Positions 9,180 to 17,500 of a DNA stretch of 64,000 nucleotides are shown in pieces (the first letter of the stretch is position 1; every line of letters begins with the position of its first letter). The translations under genes and the position numbers were made by a program. Below the pieces are notes generated by a model that was not told where the DNA came from, did no database searches, and was given only the letters and a program-made list of their open reading frames with translations. The stretch comes from an uncultured SAR86 cluster bacterium (GTDB lineage Bacteria; Pseudomonadota; Gammaproteobacteria; Magnimaribacterales; AG-339-G14), in assembly GCA_902562135.1 (NCBI GenBank), contig CACESE010000001.1, positions 30,181 to 94,180 on the forward strand, written 5' to 3'.

Positions 9180-10160
9180 TTATTTTGTTAAAGTTCCAAC
9201 AATGTGAGCAAGAATTTTGTACGGATCTGCATTTGAAGCAGGTCTTCTGTCTTCTAAATATCCGTTCCAATCGTGTTCAACAGTGTAAACAGGTATCCTT
9301 ATACTAGCTCCTCTATCACTTACACCATATGAAAATTCAGTAATTTTCTGGGTTTCGTGCAGGCCAGTAAGTCTCTTATCATTATCTGAACCATAAGAAG
9401 CTATTCCATCTTCGTGGACTTTACCCAATTTCTCGCACATTGACTCGAATAATTCTTTAGAGCCTTTACTTCTCATTTCTTCATTTGAAAAGTTTGTGTG
9501 CATACCAGATCCATTCCAATCCCCTGTCTTAGGTTTTGGATGAATGTTCACTCCCACGCCGAATTCTTCAGCTATTTTGAAAAGCATGTATCTGCTAACC
9601 CAAAGGTCATCAGCTGCTTTAATTCCTTTACCAAAGCATTGATATTCCCATTGGCCCAAAGCAACTTCTGCATTAGTACCAGTAAGTGTAATCCCTAATT
9701 CAAGGCATGCTTCTAAGTGAGCATCAGATATTTCTCTTCCAACAACATTACTCGCGCCAACTCCACAATAATATTCACCTTGTTCTCTTGGTGTGCCATC
9801 TTCCCAGCCAAGAGGTTCACCTGTTTTAGGGTCAGTGAAGAAAAATTCTTGCTCAAAACCAAACCACCATTCATCTGTTACAACTTCAGCCGCTGCAGCT
9901 CTAAAGTTGGAAGGGTGAGTTGTATGATCAGCAGCATGAACCTGAGTCATGACTAAATCATGTCCATGAGGGTTTGAGTATGTTTGCACCGGGAGTAATA
10001 AACAATCTGAGCTTCCACCCTCTGCTTGTTGAGTTGATGAACCGTCAAAAGACCAATCTGGCGGGGTATCATCATCGGTAGCTTTAACTTTACTCCTCAT
10101 ATTTGCTTCTGGTGTGTAACCATCTAACCAGATGTATTCGTAAGTTTTGAAATCTGACAT
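9180..10160 (-). CDS. glnII: Glutamine synthetase type II (GSII, eukaryote/rhizobial type)
   Basis: 326 aa. YEYIWLDGYTP N-terminus, FDGSSTQQAEGGSSDC, WFGFEQEFFF, NAEVALGQWEYQ, SGMHTNFS, DNDKRLTGLHET and YLEDRRPASNADPY are GSII family hallmarks. The length matches bacterial GlnII (~329 aa), not GSI (~470 aa). Confidence 0.93.
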   Translation of the reverse strand: MSDFKTYEYIWLDGYTPEANMRSKVKATDDDTPPDWSFDGSSTQQAEGGSSDCLLLPVQTYSNPHGHDLVMTQVHAADHTTHPSNFRAAAAEVVTDEWWFGFEQEFFFTDPKTGEPLGWEDGTPREQGEYYCGVGASNVVGREISDAHLEACLELGITLTGTNAEVALGQWEYQCFGKGIKAADDLWVSRYMLFKIAEEFGVGVNIHPKPKTGDWNGSGMHTNFSNEEMRSKGSKELFESMCEKLGKVHEDGIASYGSDNDKRLTGLHETQKITEFSYGVSDRGASIRIPVYTVEHDWNGYLEDRRPASNADPYKILAHIVGTLTK

Positions 10161-10219
10161 ATTGTCTCCTAAATTTATTTATCGAATTTATAATAATATC
10201 AAAGAAAATGGTTAATTCT

Positions 10220-10258
10220 AGTGCATTTTTTGTATTATTTTGATACTTAAAATGCACT
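10220..10258 (-). terminator. 10-bp perfect inverted repeat (AGTGCATTTT-N19-AAAATGCACT) between the yqiA stop and the glnII start
   Basis: 10220-10229 is the exact reverse complement of 10249-10258. It begins 8 nt after the yqiA stop. It could be the yqiA terminator hairpin or a palindromic operator ~60-100 bp upstream of glnII. Confidence 0.35.
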
Positions 10259-10266
10259 GATTTTGA

Positions 10267-10833
10267 TCAATTCATCATAAAATCCATTATCAATAGTAAA
10301 TATCTTTCAAAACTATCAAATTGATGGTTTCCTCCATTCTCAATTAAAGCAAACGAATTTTTAAAATATTCTAACGTCAAATTATGATCTAATACTTCAT
10401 CTCCTAATTGAACAAGACATAAATGATTAAGAGGATTAGTTAATTTACTTATGGAGCAAGCAAATAATTCATTGTAATCGGATTGGGAGAAAAAGTTTTT
10501 TTCTTTGGTATGAAAATTAATATGTTCACCAATTATGCTCTCCATTTTTTTTAGGTGATTAGGTACAACAGGATTAATTACAACACTTTTAATCTTGTAT
10601 TTTTCACTTATAAAAGAAGCGTAAAGGCCTCCCAATGAACTACCGATTATTGAAATTTGAGATTTTTCCTTTTCTACTATGTTACTGAGTAATTCAATTG
10701 TGTCTTTTGGCGAGTTAGGAAGGTTTGGAATTAATACCTTTGCTTTATTATTTTTAGATAAAAACTGCGAAAAAATTTTAGCTTTAGTTGATTCCGGTGA
10801 ACTATTAAAGCCATGAAGGTATAAAAGTTTCAA
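10267..10833 (-). CDS. yqiA: YqiA-type alpha/beta-hydrolase esterase (UPF0227)
   Basis: 188 aa. N-terminus MKLLYLHGFNSSP and nucleophile elbow GSSLGG. Sits next to a YqiB-like gene, as in E. coli. Confidence 0.8.
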   Translation of the reverse strand: MKLLYLHGFNSSPESTKAKIFSQFLSKNNKAKVLIPNLPNSPKDTIELLSNIVEKEKSQISIIGSSLGGLYASFISEKYKIKSVVINPVVPNHLKKMESIIGEHINFHTKEKNFFSQSDYNELFACSISKLTNPLNHLCLVQLGDEVLDHNLTLEYFKNSFALIENGGNHQFDSFERYLLLIMDFMMN

Positions 10834-11260
10834 TAGATCTTCCTTCTTTTAAGCATAAATTTAAAAATTCTTTTGTAAAAGAATTCCACTGTAATCTTTC
10901 ATCTTTTGAAAAACCAAATTTTAAATTAGTAGGAAAAATTTCCAATAAACTGATATGAAAATTTTGAAACCTTGTAACTTCAGCCAATTTAGCTTCGTGA
11001 TAAATTCTTAAATTTAATTTTATATCTTTTTTAGATAAAGGGGATTCCATAACTATTTCTAGGTTAGAAGTATATTTTGAAATTTTTTTTAGATTAAAAT
11101 TTATTTTAGATAATTTTCTTTCCTTCTCACTTGACATTGGAAGGTGGAAATGAAAATTATTATTAATTTTTAAATTCGAAAACAACTTGGAAAGAAGTAA
11201 AAAATTAGAAGCTTGTATAACTTGAAGCTCCTGTAATTTTTTGTGTTCTTTTTTGTACAT
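10805..11260 (-). CDS. DUF1249 protein (YqiB-like)
   Basis: 151 aa. Blocks align by eye to E. coli YqiB: LNLRIYHEAKLAEVTRFQN vs MTVRLYHDAMVAEVCSSQQ, and DERLQWNSFTKEFLNLCLKEG vs [21 protein letters not shown]. Upstream of yqiA with a 29-nt overlap. Confidence 0.6.
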   Translation of the reverse strand: MYKKEHKKLQELQVIQASNFLLLSKLFSNLKINNNFHFHLPMSSEKERKLSKINFNLKKISKYTSNLEIVMESPLSKKDIKLNLRIYHEAKLAEVTRFQNFHISLLEIFPTNLKFGFSKDERLQWNSFTKEFLNLCLKEGRSIETFIPSWL

Positions 11261-11371
11261 ATATAAATTGTATTTAAGTTTTCAAAAAAAATTTTTTTAT
11301 AAAATTATTGATTCTTAAAATATATCAATAATGCTGTTCTAGTTTACTTTCTTAATACTTTTTTTTTCAAA

Positions 11372-12001
11372 TTAGTCATAAGATGCCCATAACACGTTAG
11401 CAACTGTTGATCTATATGGTTTCCATATCTTACTAATTTTTTTCATTTTTTCTTCTGAAGGTCTTTTTTTTAAATTTTTAATTCTCTGAACAGCTACTTG
11501 TAAGCCTAAATCTTTTACCGGCCAAATATCAGGTCTATCTAAAGAAGCTAGCATGTAGCATTCTGCCGTCCACTCACCTATCCCCTTGATTTTTATAAGA
11601 TTTTTTTTTAGTTCTTCGTCATCCATTTTATGCAATTCTCTAAAATTAAGTTGTTTATTTTTAATCGATTCTGCAAGGATTCTACAATATAAAATTTTTT
11701 GTCTGCTCAAACCAGTTTCCTTAAGGATTTGATCTGATAACTTTAAGAATTCTTCTGGTTTGAAACTTTTAAGATTTTTTCTAATTCTTAAAAAAATAGC
11801 TCTGGCGGATGCTACTGATAATTGTTGTTCGGTTATTAGTCTTACCAGTCCTTCATATCCTTTTGGACGTTTAAATTTTTTAAAGTTGCAGTTATCAAGA
11901 AATAAATTTTCTAAATCCTTATCCTTTTCAATAAGAAAAAAAATTTCTTTCTTTAAAGGGTGTTTTTCAAGAACTTTTAAACGGGAGTAATTTTTTTGCA
12001 T
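11372..12001 (-). CDS. HhH-GPD DNA glycosylase (AlkA-like DNA-3-methyladenine glycosylase II, short form)
   Basis: 209 aa. Helix-hairpin-helix IKGIGEWTAECYML followed by the catalytic-Asp region WPVKDLGLQ. Confidence 0.7.
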   Translation of the reverse strand: MQKNYSRLKVLEKHPLKKEIFFLIEKDKDLENLFLDNCNFKKFKRPKGYEGLVRLITEQQLSVASARAIFLRIRKNLKSFKPEEFLKLSDQILKETGLSRQKILYCRILAESIKNKQLNFRELHKMDDEELKKNLIKIKGIGEWTAECYMLASLDRPDIWPVKDLGLQVAVQRIKNLKKRPSEEKMKKISKIWKPYRSTVANVLWASYD

Positions 12002-13112
12002 CTTCTAGATATAGATTTATATGTCGTTCTTCTTTAATAACAAAATCGTCTATGGCTTCTCTAAATCTGTCATCAGCTATCCAGTGAGCTGAATATGTCT
12101 CGGTTGGTGAAAACCCTCGTTTGATTTTATGCTCTCCTTGAACGCCTGGATCAAATCTTTTTAATTTATTTTTTATACAATATTCAATTCCTTGATAGTA
12201 ACAACATTCAAAATGTAGACAATCAAATTCTTCTATACAACCCCAATATCTTCCATATAAATTTTTATCATCTTTAAAGAAAAGTGATCCGCCAACCATT
12301 TCGTTATTAGATTTTTTTTTAGCCAAAACTATGACTAAATTTTTAAAAAGGTTCGAAGGGAAATTCAAGAAAAATTGTTTCGTCAAGTATCCTGAAAATC
12401 CACTTCTTTTGATATTGGTTGATAAATAAAACTTATAGAACTTATCAAGCAGATCATAATTAATTTCTTCCTCAGAAAATGTTTCTATTATTAAATCTTG
12501 TTTTTTTATTTTTGATCTTTCTTTTTTTACATTCTTTCTATGCCTAGCTCTAAAAGAGTCTAAGTAATCTTCAAAACTTTTAAAATTTTGATTGAACCAT
12601 ACAAATTGAGCATTTTTTCTAATACTAAGATTTGAGTTTTCATAGAAATTTATTTCTCTCTCTTCAGGAAATAAAATATGCCATGAAGAAATATTGTTTT
12701 TTTTTGCAATACTTTTAACTCCTTCTTTCATAAGAGAAAATAATTCTTTTTGATTTTCACCATCCTTTAACAAAAGTCTTGGACCGGATGCTGGGGTATG
12801 AGGAATTGAGCTAACTAATTTAGGATAATAGTCTAGTCCATGTTGGTAAAATGCATTTGCCCAAGAATGATCAAAAACAAATTCTCCTTGAGAATGACTT
12901 TTCAAATATAGTGGCATTGCTGCAATAAGCTCGTCATCTCTAGAAATGCTTATGTGAAGTGGTATCCAACCAGTTTCAGCTCCAACACAGCTTGTATTTT
13001 CAAGTAATTTGAGAAAATCATGTTTTAGAAAGGGATAATCTACAACGTTTACTAATGAATCCCATTCTTTTTTAGAAATTTCTTCTATAGAGCTATTGAA
13101 GCTTATTTTCAT
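11967..13112 (-). CDS. DUF482/COG3146 GNAT-fold (FemAB-like) protein of unknown function
   Basis: 381 aa. The N-terminal EWDSLV...YPFLKHDFLKLLE and the C-terminal RFDPGVQGEHKIKRGF are family-typical as I recall them. 4-nt overlap with ubiA upstream and 35-nt overlap with the downstream glycosylase gene. Confidence 0.55.
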   Translation of the reverse strand: MKISFNSSIEEISKKEWDSLVNVVDYPFLKHDFLKLLENTSCVGAETGWIPLHISISRDDELIAAMPLYLKSHSQGEFVFDHSWANAFYQHGLDYYPKLVSSIPHTPASGPRLLLKDGENQKELFSLMKEGVKSIAKKNNISSWHILFPEEREINFYENSNLSIRKNAQFVWFNQNFKSFEDYLDSFRARHRKNVKKERSKIKKQDLIIETFSEEEINYDLLDKFYKFYLSTNIKRSGFSGYLTKQFFLNFPSNLFKNLVIVLAKKKSNNEMVGGSLFFKDDKNLYGRYWGCIEEFDCLHFECCYYQGIEYCIKNKLKRFDPGVQGEHKIKRGFSPTETYSAHWIADDRFREAIDDFVIKEERHINLYLEDAKKLLPFKSS

Positions 13113-13963
13113 GTTAAAAAAAGTGTTAAAAAAGAAATAAACATTAAAAATCCTAAAGCGTTATTTTTTTCAAAGAAACTAAAACTAGAACTAGGATCTT
13201 TAAAATTAGTTTTAAAAAAAATATATAAGAAGAAAATTATAGTAACAAAAAATAATATAAAAAATAAAACATCAGAATTTTTTAAAAATCCTATATAACC
13301 AAAAAGTAATATCCCTAATAAACCAAATAAAAATATAGAAGCCCTTTCGTATCCTTCAAAGAAAATTGCTGAACTACCAATCCCCAACAATTTATCATCA
13401 TCTCTATCTGATAAAGCATACGATGTATCGTAAGACATAATCCATAAGAAATTTGCTAGCATCAATACCAAACACTCAAATGTAATTGTGTTTATAGTTG
13501 CGGCAAAAGCAATTGGTATTCCACCAGAGAAAGTGAATCCTAAAATTATCTGCGGTAGTTTAAAAAATCTTTTTGAAAAAGGGTAAATAATAATTAGAAA
13601 AAGAATCGCGAAAGAGACGTAAAACGACAACTGGTTAAGTTGAAAAAGAAGAACTAAGGCTAAAACTATAAGAGAAAAAAATAAAACTATGGCTTCGGTC
13701 GAAGACACTTGTCCTGAGGCAATAGGCCTAAATTTGGTTCTACTTACTTTTTTATCTATATCTTTATCAATCAAATCATTTATCACACATCCAGCTGATC
13801 TCATGATTAGTGCGCCTAAACTAAATAAGATAAACAGTTTTAAACTTGGGTTATTGTTAGAAGCTACAATCAGTGCAATTAGGGTGGGCCATAGGAGTAG
13901 CAAAGTGCCTACTGGCTTATGCAATCTCATTAGGTAAAAATAGTTTTTCAATCTTTCGGTCAC
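13109..13963 (-). CDS. ubiA: 4-hydroxybenzoate polyprenyltransferase
   Basis: 284 aa polytopic membrane protein. First Asp-rich motif NDLIDKDIDKKVSRTKFRPIASG and second motif YALSDRDDD. Confidence 0.9.
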   Translation of the reverse strand: MTERLKNYFYLMRLHKPVGTLLLLWPTLIALIVASNNNPSLKLFILFSLGALIMRSAGCVINDLIDKDIDKKVSRTKFRPIASGQVSSTEAIVLFFSLIVLALVLLFQLNQLSFYVSFAILFLIIIYPFSKRFFKLPQIILGFTFSGGIPIAFAATINTITFECLVLMLANFLWIMSYDTSYALSDRDDDKLLGIGSSAIFFEGYERASIFLFGLLGILLFGYIGFLKNSDVLFFILFFVTIIFFLYIFFKTNFKDPSSSFSFFEKNNALGFLMFISFLTLFLT

Positions 13964-14007
13964 ACTGATATATTATTCAAAAATTAATAACCTTACAGAA
14001 ATTTATT

Positions 14008-14202
14008 ATGGAAGATTTTAGAAAGTGGGAATGTATAGTTTGTGGTTGGATTTATGATGAAGCAGAAGGTCTGCCAGAAGAAGGTATTCCACCTGGAACA
14101 AAATGGGAAGACGTTCCTCATGATTGGGTATGTCCAGACTGTGGCGTGGGAAAGGAGGATTTTGACATGATTCCATTAGAAGGCTCTGGTAAGAGTTATT
14201 AA
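14008..14202 (+). CDS. rubA: Rubredoxin
   Basis: 64 aa with two CxxCG knuckles in canonical rubredoxin context (WECIVCGWIYDE and WVCPDCGVGKEDF). Confidence 0.93.
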   Translation: MEDFRKWECIVCGWIYDEAEGLPEEGIPPGTKWEDVPHDWVCPDCGVGKEDFDMIPLEGSGKSY

Positions 14203-15449
14203 TGTCCTATACAACTAAAATCCTTTTCTCTATGTTTGCAGGAATCCTATTGGGTTCCTTGGTAAATCTATTTTTTTTGGAAAATGAACTAGTATCATTT
14301 TTTATTCAATTTTTTAGTATCTTAGGAGCAATTTTTATCGCCTCATTGAAACTAATGGTTGTCCCATTAGTATTTTTTTCTTTAGTAACCGGAGTTGCTC
14401 AAATTACGAATTCATCTAAATTAGGATCTATAAGCCTCAAAGCAATTCTTTTATACTTAGTTACGACTTCGATTGCTATTTCTTTAGCCCTTTTTTTCTC
14501 AAATTTTTTTAATATTGGAAGTGGCGTAGGTCTAATCACAAATGTGGAATTTACAGCGCCTAGTCCACCATCTCTTAAAGAAGTTTTAATAAATATTTTT
14601 CCAACAAATCCAATTCAAGCCATGGCAAACGGGGAAATGTTACAAATAATTGTTTTTTCTTTGATAGTTGGTTTAGGAGTTAGATCACTGTCATCTAATG
14701 AACATGTTGTTAATTTTTTTATATCTGGAAACAGCCTCATGTTAAAAATTGTTGAAATAATAATTCTATTTGCTCCCATCGGTATTTTTTGTTTGTTAGT
14801 AGATATTTTTTCTAAAATCGGATTTTCAATAATTTATGACCTTGCAGGATATTTCTTTCTGTTAGTTTGTGTTTTATTTATTCATGGAATTTTTGTTTAC
14901 AGTTTTTTTCTTTATTTCTTTACTGGGCTTCATCCATTTATTTTTTACTCAAAACTAAAAGAGGTTATATTTTTTGCATTTAGCACCTCTTCAAGTAGTG
15001 CAACTATGCCTCTTACTTTAAAAACCGCAAAAGATAAGCTTGGAGTAGATCAATCAGTTGCTTCCTTCACTATTCCTCTAGGAGCGACAATAAATATGGA
15101 TGGAACAGCAATTATGCAAGGAGTTGCTACTGTGTTTATTTCTCAGGCATATGGAATTGATTTGAGCGTATCAGACTTCTTAATGGTTATACTGACAGCA
15201 ACTTTAGCATCCATTGGCACAGCGGGAGTGCCTGGTGTTGGATTAATAATGCTCGCAATGGTTCTTCAGCAAGTAGGACTTCCAGTCGAAGGTATCGCCC
15301 TAATTATAGGAGTAGATAGATTGTTAGATATGTTAAGAACTTCAGTAAATGTTTGTGGCGATTCTATGATCGCATGTCTTATTTCATCGAGTGAAAATAA
15401 CTTGAGAAAGGAAATTTTTTATGATCAAAAAATGAAATCAAAATTCTGA
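14202..15449 (+). CDS. Dicarboxylate/amino acid:cation symporter (DAACS family; GltP/SstT-like)
   Basis: 415 aa polytopic protein. Family motifs SSSATMPLT, ATINMDGTA and DRLLDMLRTSVNVCGD. TAATG junction with the rubredoxin gene. Confidence 0.85.
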   Translation: MSYTTKILFSMFAGILLGSLVNLFFLENELVSFFIQFFSILGAIFIASLKLMVVPLVFFSLVTGVAQITNSSKLGSISLKAILLYLVTTSIAISLALFFSNFFNIGSGVGLITNVEFTAPSPPSLKEVLINIFPTNPIQAMANGEMLQIIVFSLIVGLGVRSLSSNEHVVNFFISGNSLMLKIVEIIILFAPIGIFCLLVDIFSKIGFSIIYDLAGYFFLLVCVLFIHGIFVYSFFLYFFTGLHPFIFYSKLKEVIFFAFSTSSSSATMPLTLKTAKDKLGVDQSVASFTIPLGATINMDGTAIMQGVATVFISQAYGIDLSVSDFLMVILTATLASIGTAGVPGVGLIMLAMVLQQVGLPVEGIALIIGVDRLLDMLRTSVNVCGDSMIACLISSSENNLRKEIFYDQKMKSKF

Positions 15450-15499
15450 AAATTATCTTTATTTCTGATAAATTAATCTGATCTTTTTAGGAGAAAATC

Positions 15500-17482
15500 A
15501 TGGAGTTAAATCTTATCTATCCGCCTTTATTGGGCATCTTTGGTTTAGTCGTAGCATTACTTTTATTTGTGCTGGTAATGAGATACGACGGCGGTTCGGA
15601 TGAGGTTAAAAAAATTGGAGATCAGATACATTTAGGAGCTATGGTATTCATGAGACGGGAGTATACCTATTTAGCTTTATTCGTTTCAGTGTTAATAGTC
15701 TTATCTTACATATTTCTTGGATTCAATACCGCTTTAGCAGTCACTGCTGGAGCCTTATCTTCATCATTGGCCGGTTGGTTAGGAATGTTTGCCGCGACAA
15801 AAGCTAATGTAAGAACTGCCACAGCAGCTAGTAAGGAGGGAGCTCAATCAGCGCTCTCAGTAGCCTTTTACGGCGGCTCAATCATGGGGTTATGTGTAGC
15901 TTCCTTAGGTCTTGTTGGTTTGGGCGGATTATATTTTTATTTCGGGGGTGATCCTGAAACTGCAAGAGCAATTGAAGGTTTTGGTATGGGCGCTTCTTGC
16001 GTAGCTTTATTTTCAAGAGTTGGAGGAGGAATTTATACTAAGAGCGCAGACGTGGGAGCTGATTTAGTAGGTAAAGTAGAGGCAGGAATTCCTGAAGACG
16101 ATCCTAGGAATCCCGGGGTTATCGCAGACAATGTAGGAGATAATGTTGGAGATGTTGCTGGAATGGGTTCTGATATATTTGAATCTTATTGCGGATCTAT
16201 GATCGCTTCTATTGCTATTGCAGCAACCTTAGATGATAGCGGTATGATGGCTCTTCCTTTGGCTTTGGCTTCTTTAGGATTACTGGCTTCAATTTTGGGA
16301 ATTGTTATTGTGAGAATCTTTTCGAAGGCTGATCCAGGTACGGCTTTAAGGACTGGTACTATGGGTTCTGCAATATTATTTGTTATTGCAGCTTTCTTTT
16401 TAATTGAATTGATTTTGAATGAAAATGTTTTTTACACTTGGTTGGCTGTACTTGCTGGGGCAGTAGGAGGAGTATTAATTGGCTTGATAACAGAGTATTA
16501 CACTGGGTCAACTCCTGTAGAAAAAATTGCTAAGTCAGGAGAGACAGGTCCTGCTACCGTAATGATCACAGGTTTATCAGTTGGAATGCAATCAGTTGTT
16601 TTACCAATTCTAATTCTTGCAACAATTATTTTAGTTTCCACAAGTTTAGTAGGGCTCTACGGAGTAGGAATTGCTGCTGTTGGTATGTTAGCAACTGTTG
16701 GAATCACCATGGCTATAGATGCTTATGGTCCAGTTGCGGATAACGCCGGAGGAATTGCTGAAATGTCGGGAATGGGAAGTGAAACAAGAGAAATTACCGA
16801 TTCATTGGATGAGCTTGGCAATTCTACTGCTGCTATTGGAAAAGGATTTGCTATAGGAGCAGCTGCATTAGCTGCGTTAGCAATTATTGCAGCCTTTGTT
16901 GAAACAGTTTCTCACAATAATGAACAATTTGAATTGGTACTATCTGATCCTCAAGTTTTAGTGGGCATGTTTATAGGAATATCAATTCCCTTTTTAATAT
17001 CCTCAATTACTATGACAGCGGTGGGGGATGCTGCTTTCGATATGATAAATGAAATAAGAAGACAATTTAGAGAAATCCCAGGTCTTCTTGAAGGCAATGC
17101 CGAGCCCGATACTGCAAAGTGTGTTGATATTGCAACTTCAGCAGCATTAAAAAGAATGTTACTTCCTGGGGTTATTGCAGTAAGCGCTCCTGTGATTGTA
17201 GGTTTTGGTCTTAGTCCCGAATCTTTGGGAGGAATGCTTGGAGGGGGGTTGATTGGATGTGTTTCTATGGCCCTTATGATGGCTAATTCTGGTGGCGCAT
17301 GGGATAACGCTAAAAAATTTATAGAAAAAGGAAATCTTGGTGGAAAAGGAACAGATACTCATTCTGCTGCAGTTGTAGGTGATACAGTTGGTGATCCATT
17401 CAAAGATACTTCTGGTCCTTCAATGAACATTTTGATAAATGTGATGGCAATTGTGAGTTTAGTTATTTCACCATTACTTTAA
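15500..17482 (+). CDS. hppA: Membrane-integral ion-translocating pyrophosphatase (K+-dependent subfamily signature)
   Basis: 660 aa. Contains [55 protein letters not shown] and [14 protein letters not shown]. Ala at codon 16829-16831 in GNSTAA marks the K+-dependent class. Confidence 0.95.
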   Translation: MELNLIYPPLLGIFGLVVALLLFVLVMRYDGGSDEVKKIGDQIHLGAMVFMRREYTYLALFVSVLIVLSYIFLGFNTALAVTAGALSSSLAGWLGMFAATKANVRTATAASKEGAQSALSVAFYGGSIMGLCVASLGLVGLGGLYFYFGGDPETARAIEGFGMGASCVALFSRVGGGIYTKSADVGADLVGKVEAGIPEDDPRNPGVIADNVGDNVGDVAGMGSDIFESYCGSMIASIAIAATLDDSGMMALPLALASLGLLASILGIVIVRIFSKADPGTALRTGTMGSAILFVIAAFFLIELILNENVFYTWLAVLAGAVGGVLIGLITEYYTGSTPVEKIAKSGETGPATVMITGLSVGMQSVVLPILILATIILVSTSLVGLYGVGIAAVGMLATVGITMAIDAYGPVADNAGGIAEMSGMGSETREITDSLDELGNSTAAIGKGFAIGAAALAALAIIAAFVETVSHNNEQFELVLSDPQVLVGMFIGISIPFLISSITMTAVGDAAFDMINEIRRQFREIPGLLEGNAEPDTAKCVDIATSAALKRMLLPGVIAVSAPVIVGFGLSPESLGGMLGGGLIGCVSMALMMANSGGAWDNAKKFIEKGNLGGKGTDTHSAAVVGDTVGDPFKDTSGPSMNILINVMAIVSLVISPLL

Positions 17483-17500
17483 ACCAGATTTTACTAAGAT

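Noticed and set aside
8981-9307. 108-aa + strand ORF spanning the ntrB start, the ntrB-glnII spacer and the glnII 3' end
   Set aside because: It crosses two real genes in antisense, and its translation is low-complexity. The intergenic part is better explained by the 15-bp hairpin.
9180-10160. Visibly higher GC in glnII (and in hppA, rpoD and the TonB-dependent receptor gene) as evidence of recent horizontal transfer
   Set aside because: The GC-richer stretches track Gly/Ala/Pro/Trp-rich conserved protein blocks and probable high expression, and other parts of the same genes are as AT-rich as the flanks. Without computed codon statistics this does not support recent HGT.
11261-11371. Homopolymer-rich spacer (aaaaaaaattttttt; attgat-N11-atcaat weak hairpin) considered as a terminator or small RNA
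   Set aside because: The stem is only 6 bp and made entirely of A/T pairs. Nothing here is distinguishable from background AT-rich sequence.
16816-16831. Sigma-54-like element TGGCA-N7-TGCT with correct GG-N10-GC spacing
   Set aside because: It lies inside hppA, exactly over the conserved GNSTAA codons, so the sequence is dictated by the protein motif. It mismatches the consensus at two positions, and no downstream gene would use it.
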